Source of the DNA: a virus
Length of the DNA: 64,000 nt
Strand: one strand, 5' to 3'
IMG/VR virus record: IMGVR_UViG_3300027798_006580
Position 1 is the stretch's first letter; every line of letters starts with the position of its first letter. This document shows, piece by piece, positions 1-10,291 of the stretch. The position numbers and the translations under genes were made by a program. The notes below the pieces were generated by a model. It was given only the letters and a program-made list of their open reading frames with translations, did no database searches and was not told the DNA's origin.

Positions 1-579
1 TCTCTCAGCAACTTGGCCACAACTGGCGGCACAGGCACCGGATTAACTGTGACAGTGACTCAGGTTGCTGGTGTTGCCACTGCCATTGCTATTGTATCGG
101 GTCTAATGGAAGGATACACTGCCAACGACACTATAACAGTGACCAGTGGCGGCGGCACTGCCACATTTACCATCAGTGTCCTAGCACCACAGTGGGTCTT
201 TGCCCCAGACGGTGATCTCTACATTCCGACAGGCAAGACCATCCGTGATACAGGCAACGGCAATGATCTTTTAGCAGGTGCAGGCTCCTTGGGTATTAAT
301 CAAAGTTGGCAAGATATGACAAGTTCTAGGGCGTTTGACACTGAGTACACTAATAGTACTAGCCTTCCTATTATGATTTCAGCTGGATGCGGTGGTGGAA
401 GCATGGGACTACTACGAGTTTTAGTTGGTGTTAGTTCTGCAGACGTACTATTATCATTAGGCTCTCCCAATGCAGGTTACACAATGTTTTCATTTGTTGT
501 TCCACCAGGGCACAAATACAAGATAACCACAGACAACGGCTATAACGGCGGTCTTGTCAATTGGGCAGAACTTCGATAA
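1..579 (+). CDS. Tail fibre protein, C-terminal part (gene starts before the window)
   Basis: Open frame from the window edge; Gly/Thr-rich; ends in a fibre-tip-like domain (GINQSWQDMTSSRAFDTEYTNSTSLPIMIS...WAELR). Confidence 0.7.
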   Translation, partial: SLSNLATTGGTGTGLTVTVTQVAGVATAIAIVSGLMEGYTANDTITVTSGGGTATFTISVLAPQWVFAPDGDLYIPTGKTIRDTGNGNDLLAGAGSLGINQSWQDMTSSRAFDTEYTNSTSLPIMISAGCGGGSMGLLRVLVGVSSADVLLSLGSPNAGYTMFSFVVPPGHKYKITTDNGYNGGLVNWAELR

Positions 580-746
580 ATTTGGGAAATTATAATGTAA
601 TTGCTAATCCTAATTCAGGTATAGGTGGTTTCTACTTAATTTTAAAAAACACACATTTTGACTTCAAAAATTCGAGGTATATTTAAACCGAATATTCGCT
701 TTCAGGTAAATACATATAGATTAATCAAACCCTTAAGGAATAATCG

Positions 747-3700
747 ATGGCACTAACAAAAATCAAGAATATCTCGATAGATCCGGATTTCAGAATAACT
801 GGAACGGAAATCGCAGATGTATTCACGTTAACAAGTAGAACTGTTACCGTTACAACCCCTACCGCGAATACAGAAGCGGCAAATAAAGCATATGTCGACA
901 ATTCGATTGCCGCTTTAAGAAATTTTAAAACTATTGCGGTCACTGGACAAACCAATGTAGTAGCAGACACAGCAGAAGCAACATTAACTTTTGTTAATGG
1001 TACTGGTATAACAGTTACCACTGATGCTGCCACTGATGCAATTACGTTTACAGCAGATGCAACCAGTAATAGTGTAGCAAATAAATTGGTTATCAGAGAC
1101 GGTTCTGGTAACTTCAGCGCAGGTGTAATTACAGCAACTTCGTTGACTGGTAGATTTACCACTGCACGTGACATTCAACTAACTGGTGATGTTACAGGTA
1201 CAATTGGTTTCGATGGTAGTGCAAACGTACAACTTTCAACAACCCTTGCCAACAGTGGTGTGGCAGCACAAACATACGGCAGCACAACACAAGTTGGACA
1301 GTTTGTAGTTAGTGCAAAAGGTATTATTACCAGCGCGAGTAACGTTGGTATTGCAATTCCAAGCACAGCAGTTACAGATTTCCAAGAAGCAGTTGAAGAC
1401 ACATTTTCTGCTAGTATTTTAGCTGGTACACACAGCGGCATTACATTTACATATAATGACACAACAGGTGCTTTAAGCTCTAGTTTAGATAGTGCTAACA
1501 AGTTCCAAACTATTGCAGTCAGTGGACAAGATAATGTTGAAGCAGATACAGCAACAGATACATTGACATTTGCTGGTAGCACAGGTTTAACAATTACTAC
1601 AACTGCTGGCACAGACACAGTTACATTTACTAACAGCGGTGTAACAAGTGCTGCCGTATCAGGTACTGGTTTAACTATCAATGCCGCAACTGGTGCAGTA
1701 ACTGTTACCAGTGATGCAACAGCATTGAATACATTTGGTACAATAGTTGCTCGTGATGCCAGCGGCAATTTTGCAGCCACAGTTATCACATCTGACTTAA
1801 CAGGTAACGTTCAAGGTAACGTAACAGGTAATATAACAAGCGCAGGTTCAAGCTCTTTTGCTAACATTGACGTAAATGGCGGAGCTATTGACAGCGCAAT
1901 CATTGGCGGTACAGCACCGGCAGCGATTACTGGTACAGTAATTACTGCTGATACTAACTTTGTTGGTGCCCTAACAGGTAACGTAACAGGTGATATAACT
2001 AGTACTGGTACAAGTTCATTTACTGGAATCGATGTTAATGGCGGTACAATAGACGGAACAGCAATTGGTAATTCAACACCAAGTACTGGTGACTTTACAG
2101 CAGTTACAACAACAGGTGATTTAGATGTTGCCAGTGGTGTATTGTTTGTCAACACAACAACAGACAGAGTTGGTGTTAATAATCCTACACCAGCAGAAGC
2201 ACTAGATGTTGTTGGTAACAGTATTATCAGTGGTGACTTATCAGTTGGACAAGACGTAACAATTACTGGTACACTAACAGTTTTAGGTGGAACAACAACT
2301 GTAGAATCTACAGTAACAACTGTCGTTGATCCAGTGTTTACAATTGGTCAAGGTACTTACGTAAGCAACGACGGCAAAGCACGTGGTATTGAATTCAAAT
2401 ACTACAGTGGTCAACAAAGAACTGGTTTCTTTGGTTATGACACAACAGACGGTGTTTACAAATTATTAACAGCGGCTTCTAATAACAGTGAAGTATTCAC
2501 TGGTACTAAAGCTACATTGTCAGCAAATCTTGATGGTTCCTTGGGAACTGCTCGTAAGATTGAATTGACCAGTGATGTCACTGGTGAAGTAATGTTTGAC
2601 GGTAGCGCAAACGTACAAATTGCATCTACATTAGCAAACACAGCAGTAACAGCCGGTGTTTATGGTGCCGCAGATAAAGTTGCTGTATTTACAGTTGACA
2701 CCAAAGGCCGTTTAACAGCAGCCAACGAAAGTCAAATTAGTATACTCAGTAGCCAAGTTACAGACTTCAATGAAGCCGCAATGGATGCCGCTTCCTCTAT
2801 GATTGTTAATGGTACACACACCAACGTTACAGTAACATATAATGATGCTGGCAATGTTTTAAACTTCAGTGTTCCAGGTGCTCAATCATTCTCAAATGTT
2901 GCAGTTTCTGGACAGTCTACTGTAGCTGCCGACCAAGCAAGCGACACAGTTACTTTTGCTGGTAGCACTGGTTTAACAATTACTACTAACGATGCTACCG
3001 ACACAGTTACATTTACCAACAGTGGTGTAACAAGTGCCGCAGTCAGCGGTACTGGTTTAACTATCAGTGGTGCAACTGGCGCAGTAACTGTTACTAGTAA
3101 TGCCACTGATGCAAATACAGCAAGTACAGTAGTTGCTCGTGATGCCAGCGGTAACTTTACTGCTGGTACAATCACAGCCGCATTAACAGGTAATGCTAGT
3201 ACAGCAACTGCATGGGCCACTGGTAGAACAATTACTTTAACAGGTGATGTTACTGGCGTGTCAGGCACGTTTGATGGTAGTGGCAATCTTAGTTTTGCTA
3301 CAACTATTGCTGCCGACAGCGTGGCATTAGGTACAGATACAACTGGTAATTATGTTGCTTCGATCTCAGATGGATCTGGTATTAGCATAACAAATGGCTC
3401 AGGTGAAGGAGCAACTCCGGTTGTTAGTAACAGTGACAAAGGTAGTGATCAATTTATATTCAAGAGTATTATTGTTGCAGGCGAAACAACAGTTGCAGCC
3501 GCTAGCAACACTGAAGCATTGACATTGGTTGCCGGCACTGGTGTTACTATTGACACAGACAATACAACTAAAACAATTACTTTTGCTAACAGCGGTTTAC
3601 CAACATTCAAACATGTTGCAATCAGCGGACAAACAACAGTTACAGCAGATCAAAGTGATGACACATTAACATTGGTTGGTGGTACAGCAATTAGTATTAC

Positions 3701-6638
3701 TGCTGATGCTATAACAGATGCGATTACATTCAACAACGATGGTGTAACAAGTTTTGGTGTTGTAGCTGCCGGTGGTTTAAGTGTAAATGCTGCCACAGGT
3801 GTTGTTACATTAACAAGCAATGCTACTCCGAATAACACGGTTAGCACTATTGTTATGCGTGATGCCAACGGTGCATTTAACGCAGGCGATATTGGTGTAC
3901 AAGATATCAGTGCTGATACATTAACTACTACAGCTGGTGTAACAGTAGGAACCTTAACAGCAACTCGTGTTACATTTGCGGGCACAGCTGGATTATTAAG
4001 TGATAGTGCTGGTTTAACATTCAACTCCGGCACAAGCACATTAACAGCAACAAACGTTAGTGCAACAGCAGTTACTTCTACCAGCGTAACAGACAGTGGC
4101 TTAACAGCAACTCGCGTTACATTTGCTGGCGTAGGTGGCTTACTAAGCGATGCTAGTACATTGACATTCAACACTGGAACAAACACATTGTCAACAACGA
4201 CAGTTAGTGCTACAACAGTTGAAGGTGCAACACTAAAATCCAGTGGTTTAACATCGGGTCGTGTTGCTATTATTGGCGCAAGCGGTGCTATTGCTGATGA
4301 TAATTCTTTGACATACGATGCAACAACAAACGTTTTAACAGCAAGTGGATTGTCTGTAAGCACCGTAACAGGTCTAAGCTCTATTACTGCTAGTACAACT
4401 TTAGGTATTAATGCCACTGGTAATATTACATTGGATCCAGGTGCTGGACACTTTATTGATGCTTCAACTCACAAGATTATCAACGTAGTAGATCCAACAG
4501 CAGACCAACACGCTGCCACTAAGAAATATGTTGATGATGCAGTTAGTGCTGCCATTATCTTAACAGTTGATGGTGACACAGGTTCTACAGCAGTTGACCT
4601 TGTAGCAGACACATTTACTATTGCTGGTACAGCAAATCAAATTACAACCGCTGTTACTGCCGATACGGCAACATTATCATTGCCAAGCGCATTAATTGCC
4701 CCAGGTAGTGTAAGTGTTACAACAACATTGGGTGTAACTGGTGCTACAACATTGGCAGGAGTATCAGCAACAACTGTTAATGCAACAGGCGCAGTTACTC
4801 TAGGTACAACATTAGGTGTAACAGGTGCTACAACATTAACAACATTAACAACAAGTGGCAATGTAATAGTTGGTGGTAACTTAACAGTTAACGGTACAAC
4901 TACAAGCGTAAATTCAACTACAGTTGACGTTGCTGACTTGAACTTGACATTGGCCAAAGGCTCTGCTACATCGGCAGCTGCCAACGGTGCTGGTATTACT
5001 ATTGATGGTGCTAATGCTACAATTTCGTATGCTCACGCAACAACAAGTTTTGATATCAACAAACCAGTTATTGTAACAGGTGACGTGACTGCTACAACAT
5101 TCAAAGGCGCAGTTGATGCGACTACTGTAACAGCAAGTTCATTGACAGCAACTCGTGTTACATTTGCTGGCACAGCTGGCTTATTAAGTGATGCTAGTAC
5201 ATTGACATTTACCACAGGTACAAATACATTAGCAACAACTAATGTTACTGCTGATGATATGGTAACTGGTGGAATTACAGTTGGCGATTTAACAAGCGGA
5301 CGTATTCCAGTAGCAGGCGCAGGCGGATTGTTAGCTGATACAAGTACGTTAACATTTAACACTGGCACAAATACGTTAGCAACAACTAATGTTAGTGCAA
5401 CAGCAGTTACTTCAACAAGTATCACAAACAGTGGCTTAACAAGTGGCCGTGTTACATTTTCAGGCGTTGGCGGCTTACAATCTGACAGCACTGACTTAAC
5501 TTACAATACAGCTACACAAACTTTAAGTGTTCCAAAACTTAGCGTAACAAACTTTGAATTAGGTAACTTAACAAGCGGTCGCGTTACATTTGCCGGCGCA
5601 AATGGAGCTTTAGTAGACGATGCTGATATGACATTTAACACAACAACTAACACATTAAGTGTAGTTGGTGTAGCATCTACTAACTTAACAGCAAGTTCAT
5701 TAACAGCAACTCGTGTTACATTTGCTGGAACAGCTGGCTTATTAAGCGATAGTGCTGGTTTAACATTTGCTGGAGGTGTATTAACTTCTACTACTGGATT
5801 TGCTGGTCCTTTAACTGGAGCAGTAACTGGCAATGTAACAGGTAACCTAACTGGAGCAGTAACTGGTAATGTAACAGGTAACCTAACTGGTAATGTTACA
5901 GGTAATGTTGCAGGTAATGTAACAGGTAATGTAACTGGTAACCTAACAGGTAACGTAACTGGTCAAGTCAGCGATTTAAGTAATCGTAGTATTGGCGACT
6001 TGAGCGATGTAGACTTGGCCGGAGTAATAGACCAAGATACACTACGTTGGAATGCCACAGCAGGTGCTTTCGAACCAAGCTCTATGAGCGGATTCCAAAT
6101 GCGTAGAGGACGTTTTACAGCCAATGGTTCAAGCGCAAGTTTTACATTGGCCAATGCTCCTGAAGGACGTGACTTCTTAATCGTTACTGTTTCTGGTGTT
6201 CCACAAGCTGGTGATACATTCAGCGTAGCTGGAACAACATTAACACTTGGCGGTACTCCACAAGCTGGTGAAATTGTTGAAGTTATTGACTTCTCAACTG
6301 GTGTATTCAGTCCAGCACCTAACAGCTCAGACGATGTTGCAGAAGGTAGTTCAAACTTCTACTATACTGACACTCGTGTTAAAACATTGATGGGTAACGG
6401 TACTTTCAACAGTAACATTATTCCAGCAACTACTAACACTTATGACTTGGGTAGTGCTGCCAAAGCGTTTAGTAATGTTTATGTATCTGGTTCAGGTAAA
6501 ATGACATTTGGTAGCATATACATTAAAAACAATTCTGGAACTTTACAGTTCTTGAATGTTGCTGATGATAGCTATGCTTTAGTAGACTTAGGTATAACAT
6601 TGGATACCGACGTCAGTATTGATGGTGGTTCTTACTAA
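747..6638 (+). CDS. Very long repetitive tail fibre/adhesin protein (1963 aa)
   Basis: Thr/Ser/Gly/Ala-rich; repeated FKTIAVxGQ..V.AD..DTLTF, VARDASGNF, LTATRVTFAG..GLLSD and GN(V/L)T modules; GGTAAATA late promoter and AAGGA RBS upstream; ends DGGSY. Confidence 0.8.
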   Translation: MALTKIKNISIDPDFRITGTEIADVFTLTSRTVTVTTPTANTEAANKAYVDNSIAALRNFKTIAVTGQTNVVADTAEATLTFVNGTGITVTTDAATDAITFTADATSNSVANKLVIRDGSGNFSAGVITATSLTGRFTTARDIQLTGDVTGTIGFDGSANVQLSTTLANSGVAAQTYGSTTQVGQFVVSAKGIITSASNVGIAIPSTAVTDFQEAVEDTFSASILAGTHSGITFTYNDTTGALSSSLDSANKFQTIAVSGQDNVEADTATDTLTFAGSTGLTITTTAGTDTVTFTNSGVTSAAVSGTGLTINAATGAVTVTSDATALNTFGTIVARDASGNFAATVITSDLTGNVQGNVTGNITSAGSSSFANIDVNGGAIDSAIIGGTAPAAITGTVITADTNFVGALTGNVTGDITSTGTSSFTGIDVNGGTIDGTAIGNSTPSTGDFTAVTTTGDLDVASGVLFVNTTTDRVGVNNPTPAEALDVVGNSIISGDLSVGQDVTITGTLTVLGGTTTVESTVTTVVDPVFTIGQGTYVSNDGKARGIEFKYYSGQQRTGFFGYDTTDGVYKLLTAASNNSEVFTGTKATLSANLDGSLGTARKIELTSDVTGEVMFDGSANVQIASTLANTAVTAGVYGAADKVAVFTVDTKGRLTAANESQISILSSQVTDFNEAAMDAASSMIVNGTHTNVTVTYNDAGNVLNFSVPGAQSFSNVAVSGQSTVAADQASDTVTFAGSTGLTITTNDATDTVTFTNSGVTSAAVSGTGLTISGATGAVTVTSNATDANTASTVVARDASGNFTAGTITAALTGNASTATAWATGRTITLTGDVTGVSGTFDGSGNLSFATTIAADSVALGTDTTGNYVASISDGSGISITNGSGEGATPVVSNSDKGSDQFIFKSIIVAGETTVAAASNTEALTLVAGTGVTIDTDNTTKTITFANSGLPTFKHVAISGQTTVTADQSDDTLTLVGGTAISITADAITDAITFNNDGVTSFGVVAAGGLSVNAATGVVTLTSNATPNNTVSTIVMRDANGAFNAGDIGVQDISADTLTTTAGVTVGTLTATRVTFAGTAGLLSDSAGLTFNSGTSTLTATNVSATAVTSTSVTDSGLTATRVTFAGVGGLLSDASTLTFNTGTNTLSTTTVSATTVEGATLKSSGLTSGRVAIIGASGAIADDNSLTYDATTNVLTASGLSVSTVTGLSSITASTTLGINATGNITLDPGAGHFIDASTHKIINVVDPTADQHAATKKYVDDAVSAAIILTVDGDTGSTAVDLVADTFTIAGTANQITTAVTADTATLSLPSALIAPGSVSVTTTLGVTGATTLAGVSATTVNATGAVTLGTTLGVTGATTLTTLTTSGNVIVGGNLTVNGTTTSVNSTTVDVADLNLTLAKGSATSAAANGAGITIDGANATISYAHATTSFDINKPVIVTGDVTATTFKGAVDATTVTASSLTATRVTFAGTAGLLSDASTLTFTTGTNTLATTNVTADDMVTGGITVGDLTSGRIPVAGAGGLLADTSTLTFNTGTNTLATTNVSATAVTSTSITNSGLTSGRVTFSGVGGLQSDSTDLTYNTATQTLSVPKLSVTNFELGNLTSGRVTFAGANGALVDDADMTFNTTTNTLSVVGVASTNLTASSLTATRVTFAGTAGLLSDSAGLTFAGGVLTSTTGFAGPLTGAVTGNVTGNLTGAVTGNVTGNLTGNVTGNVAGNVTGNVTGNLTGNVTGQVSDLSNRSIGDLSDVDLAGVIDQDTLRWNATAGAFEPSSMSGFQMRRGRFTANGSSASFTLANAPEGRDFLIVTVSGVPQAGDTFSVAGTTLTLGGTPQAGEIVEVIDFSTGVFSPAPNSSDDVAEGSSNFYYTDTRVKTLMGNGTFNSNIIPATTNTYDLGSAAKAFSNVYVSGSGKMTFGSIYIKNNSGTLQFLNVADDSYALVDLGITLDTDVSIDGGSY
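5808..5963 (+). repeat. Coding 12-bp tandem repeat (G-N/A-V/L-T tetrapeptide, about 12 copies)
   Basis: actggtaatgta/acaggtaaccta-like units encoding GAVTGNVTGNLT..., typical of fibre shafts. Confidence 0.85.
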
Positions 6639-6745
6639 GAGCGAATGGGGAAGAAATTCCCCATTCTTGACTCGCTGGGCGTTAACTGAGTTAACTTGAC
6701 CCACAGGGCGACCCAAGGTGGTCCTGACCCATAAAAAGGAAATTT
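6639..6745 (+). promoter_or_regulatory. Structured GC-rich intergenic leader between two fibre genes
   Basis: Perfect 10-bp stem GAATGGGGAA-gaaa-TTCCCCATTC (6643-6666), two further hairpins and three GACCCA copies before the AAGGA RBS. Confidence 0.55.
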
Positions 6746-6749
6746 AAAA

Positions 6750-8705
6750 ATGGCAAATACAATTTTACACAAGCGTAGTAGTACAGCAAGTTCTACGCCA
6801 GCCGCTAATCAACTTAGCGCAGGTGAATTAGCTTTAAACACAGCAGACAGTAAAGTGTTTATGAAAAACAGCGCAGGCACAGTAGTTGAAGTCAGCTACC
6901 GTGATGCTCGCGTTGACAGTAGAATGTCAACAGTATTGGCAGCAGTCACTTACAGTATTCTTCCTGCCACTGATGTTACATATGACTTGGGTAGTCCAAG
7001 TAAACAATGGCGAGATATCTATGTAGGTCCAGGTTCTTTATATGTTAACGGACAGAAAGTTTTAGAAGAAGATGGCGGCGACATTGTTGTTAGTTGCGAT
7101 ATTAATCAAAACTTAGTGTTAAGCACAAGCGGTACAGGTGATATTGAATTATTACCAGCCGGTTCAGGAGTTGTTCGTGTTAAAGGCCCAATGCAAATTA
7201 CTGCTGGTAAAAATATTTCAAGTAGTGATGGCAATGCTATTTCTTTCTCAAATTCAATTGCTGTTGATAGTTTATCAAGCAAGACTGCAAACACAGATTT
7301 AACATTAACTGGCGCAGGCACAGGAAAAGTTTATATTAATGATAATTTAGAAACTTCTGGAAATGTAGTAGTTGGCGGCAACTTAACAGTCAGCGGAACA
7401 ACAACTACGGTTAACAGTGAAACAATTAGTTTAGCAGATAACCTTATTGACTTAAACAGTAACTTTACAACTGGTACACCAACAGAAGACGCAGGTATTC
7501 GTGTAATGCGCGGTGATTCCGCCGCAGTTCAAATTCGTTGGTATGAAGCCAGTGACGTCTGGCAATTTACAAACGATGGCTCAGCCTATCTAACTTTTGC
7601 AAGTTTGACTGGCACTGAGACTTTAACAAACAAAACTATTGCCGCAGGTAGCAATACAATTAGTGGTTTAACTAACAGTAACCTAACCGGAACTGCCGCA
7701 ATTAGCAATGCTAATTTGGCTAACTCTAGCGTTACAGTTGGTAGCACAGCGATTGCATTAGGTGCAAGTGCAACAACTATTGCTGGTTTAACTAGTGTTA
7801 CATCAACGACATTTGTTGGTGCTTTAACTGGTAATGCTACAACATCTAGTTCAACAACTGGTAATGCAGCCTCAGTGACCAACGGTGTTTACACTACAGA
7901 TACTAGCACAGTTACTAACACAATGTTAGCTGGTAGTATTGCTGATACAAAATTATCAACAATCGCTACAGCTGGTAAAGTAAGTAATTCAGCTACAACA
8001 GCTACAAATGCTAACACAGCAAGTGCTATTGTTGCACGTGATGCAAGTGGTAACTTTACAGCTGGTACAATCACAGCCGCATTAACTGGTAACGCAAGTA
8101 CAGCTACTACATTACAAACTGCACGTAATATTAACGGTGTAAGTTTTAACGGTAGTGCTGATATTACTGTAACAGCAGCCGCTGGTACATTAAGTGGTGC
8201 GACATTAGCAAGTGGCGTAACAGCTTCTAGTTTAACTAGCGTTGGTACACTAACAGCCTTAACAAGCTCTGGTGCAGTAACCATTACAAACACAACAGCT
8301 TCTTCAAGCAAAACAACTGGTGCTTTGATAGTTTATGGTGGCATTGGTACAAGTGGCGCATTGTTTGTTGGTGGTGAGATCACAGCGTATGCTTCTGATG
8401 CAGCCTTAAAGACCAACGTCGAAGTTATCGAAAACGCACTAGAAAAAGTCGAAGCAATTCGTGGTGTATCATATGACTGGAACGAAGACGGTCTTGCTTT
8501 AGGCCTAACTGATACTAAGCAAGTCGGTGTTATTGCTCAAGAAGTTGAAGCAGTTATTCCAGAGTTGGTATGTGATAGTGCCCATGCAGGCTACAAAACA
8601 GTTAAGTATGACAAGCTAACAGCATTGTTAATCGAAGCTGTAAAAGAGCTAAGTGCCAAAGTTCGTGTTCTAGAAGCACAATTAGGCGGTAAGCCAGGAC
8701 TATAA
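6750..8705 (+). CDS. Tail fibre with C-terminal intramolecular chaperone (peptidase S74)
   Basis: N-terminal KRS...GELALNTAD..F adaptor motif; C-terminal SDAALK...GVIAQEVE..PELV...V.Y..L.ALLIEAVKEL S74 signature. Confidence 0.85.
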   Translation: MANTILHKRSSTASSTPAANQLSAGELALNTADSKVFMKNSAGTVVEVSYRDARVDSRMSTVLAAVTYSILPATDVTYDLGSPSKQWRDIYVGPGSLYVNGQKVLEEDGGDIVVSCDINQNLVLSTSGTGDIELLPAGSGVVRVKGPMQITAGKNISSSDGNAISFSNSIAVDSLSSKTANTDLTLTGAGTGKVYINDNLETSGNVVVGGNLTVSGTTTTVNSETISLADNLIDLNSNFTTGTPTEDAGIRVMRGDSAAVQIRWYEASDVWQFTNDGSAYLTFASLTGTETLTNKTIAAGSNTISGLTNSNLTGTAAISNANLANSSVTVGSTAIALGASATTIAGLTSVTSTTFVGALTGNATTSSSTTGNAASVTNGVYTTDTSTVTNTMLAGSIADTKLSTIATAGKVSNSATTATNANTASAIVARDASGNFTAGTITAALTGNASTATTLQTARNINGVSFNGSADITVTAAAGTLSGATLASGVTASSLTSVGTLTALTSSGAVTITNTTASSSKTTGALIVYGGIGTSGALFVGGEITAYASDAALKTNVEVIENALEKVEAIRGVSYDWNEDGLALGLTDTKQVGVIAQEVEAVIPELVCDSAHAGYKTVKYDKLTALLIEAVKELSAKVRVLEAQLGGKPGL

Positions 8706-8723
8706 TTTTATTATAGCACTCAC

Positions 8724-8753
8724 AGAAAGGATCTTTAGGGATCCTTTCTTTTT
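8724..8753 (+). terminator. Rho-independent terminator
   Basis: AGAAAGGATC...GATCCTTTCT stem followed by a T-run. Confidence 0.75.
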
Positions 8754-8798
8754 GGATAAATAATTGTAACAATAATTGTAACAATTGGATAATACTAG

Positions 8799-9425
8799 AT
8801 GGCCCTAACTCGGATTAGTTCTTACACATTAGCAACAAATGCGGTCGGTGACTCAGCTCTGAGTGCCACCACTGTTTCCGCTGGAACATACGGCAACGGT
8901 ACAAACATACCTACGTTTACAGTAGACGATGATGGTAGATTAACCGCCGCTAGTAACACTAGCATAGCAGATTTAAGCATCACTTCATTAACAACCAGCG
9001 GAAATGCCACAATCGGCGGCAATTTAACTGTAAATGGTACAGTTACTACAATTTCCACCGAAGCAATCAATTTAGCAGATAATATTGTTATTCTTAATAG
9101 CAATGCCACAGGTGCTGCCAGCGAAAACGCAGGCTTTGAAATTGAACGAGGTGACGATGCTAATGTAGTATTACGTTGGAATGAAACCAGTGACAATTGG
9201 GAATTAACAACCAATGGAACTAACTACTATGGAATTTTAACTACTAATAGTAATATAACTAGTGGACAATTGCCAACCATTACAAGTTTAGGCACAGTTA
9301 CTTCTGGAACATGGACTGCTACAAATATTGGTATAGCATATGGCGGAACTGGTGCAAGTACTGCGCCAGCGGCTAGAACTAATCTAGGAATTGACGATAT
9401 GACCGTGGATGGCGGCTCATATTAA
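8799..9425 (+). CDS. Short tail-fibre-related protein
   Basis: Shares AGTYG..TVD..GRLTAA and GGNLTVNGT..ADN modules with neighbours; starts MALTRI, ends DGGSY. Confidence 0.7.
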   Translation: MALTRISSYTLATNAVGDSALSATTVSAGTYGNGTNIPTFTVDDDGRLTAASNTSIADLSITSLTTSGNATIGGNLTVNGTVTTISTEAINLADNIVILNSNATGAASENAGFEIERGDDANVVLRWNETSDNWELTTNGTNYYGILTTNSNITSGQLPTITSLGTVTSGTWTATNIGIAYGGTGASTAPAARTNLGIDDMTVDGGSY

Positions 9426-9461
9426 ATGAAATAGATAAATAAAATACACAGGAGATTTCAC

Positions 9462-9656
9462 ATGGCGTTATTACCAGCAACAGGAACAGAGATTGTAATG
9501 GGTCGAGTTAAACAGGCTTACACGAACGTGGCAGCAGGTGCCGGCCAAAACATTTCATTAAGCGGAACTTTAGGCGGCTTTGTCGGCCAAGCGGCATCAA
9601 CTCAAATTACATTAAGTTCGCGATTTGGTGGACAGACTACACCTTACGCTTATTAA
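9462..9656 (+). CDS. Small putative virion protein
   Basis: GATAAATA late promoter, AGGAG RBS, 64 aa. Confidence 0.6.
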   Translation: MALLPATGTEIVMGRVKQAYTNVAAGAGQNISLSGTLGGFVGQAASTQITLSSRFGGQTTPYAY

Positions 9657-9706
9657 ACTAAGAATAGCATATATAAATACCTTGAACAACATTCGAGGTA
9701 TTTTTT

Positions 9707-10291
9707 ATGGCCACAAAAAAAACAAGCGCAAAAAGCACAGATAAGTTTGAAGAATTATTTGAATCATGTCCTTATCATGTATTAAGTGAATTTGAAACAG
9801 AAAATTTTAATTCTCAACTAGGATCTGCATATGCTAGATTTATTATTGACACAATTAATAGAGTTAGAAAAATTGACAGCGATTTAGAAACTGAAACTAG
9901 AACATTTGAAAAGAAATGTCTAGATGAAGAAAAATTAAAATTGCTACAAATTTTAGATCAACAAGATACTACTAAATTAACTAATGCAGTCACTGATTGG
10001 CAATCCACAGAACAAGACTATTGGGTTAACTTTTTAGGCAAACAAGCCGCAATTGAATTATTAACATTTGGCAGACCTACTGTGGAAACTATGAGTAAGA
10101 TGGTCAAGCTACCCGAAGACTTATACATTAAGTCCACACAAATTTGTGTTAAATTAGCAAATGCAATTAAAGTTGCCACAGTCAACGCTGAATTGGAAAT
10201 TGGAATTTCGGCTCCAGAGCCAACTCAAACTGAATCTAACTCTAAAGAACAAGCCCCATCTAAGAAATTATTATTAAAGAAAATTAAATGA
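9707..10291 (+). CDS. Hypothetical protein
   Basis: 194-aa ORF, TATAAATA promoter and GAGGT RBS; ATGA-coupled to next gene. Confidence 0.7.
   Translation: MATKKTSAKSTDKFEELFESCPYHVLSEFETENFNSQLGSAYARFIIDTINRVRKIDSDLETETRTFEKKCLDEEKLKLLQILDQQDTTKLTNAVTDWQSTEQDYWVNFLGKQAAIELLTFGRPTVETMSKMVKLPEDLYIKSTQICVKLANAIKVATVNAELEIGISAPEPTQTESNSKEQAPSKKLLLKKIK

Noticed and set aside
580-700. Possible remnant of an alternative fibre C-terminus (GGTGGTTTCTACTTAA resembles the GGSY-stop ends)
   Set aside because: Match too short and degenerate to distinguish from chance.
6639-6745. Known self-cleaving ribozyme or riboswitch
   Set aside because: No hammerhead core (CUGAnGA...GAAA) or other consensus recognisable by eye; kept only as an unassigned structure.
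725-9214. Many minus-strand ORFs (60-255 aa) opposite the fibre genes
   Set aside because: Antisense shadows of the biased Thr/Gly/Ala codon usage; Val/Pro/Leu-rich, with no RBS or promoters.
1-9425. Diversity-generating retroelement acting on fibre tips
   Set aside because: No reverse transcriptase and no template/variable repeat pair with adenine-specific mismatches in the window.
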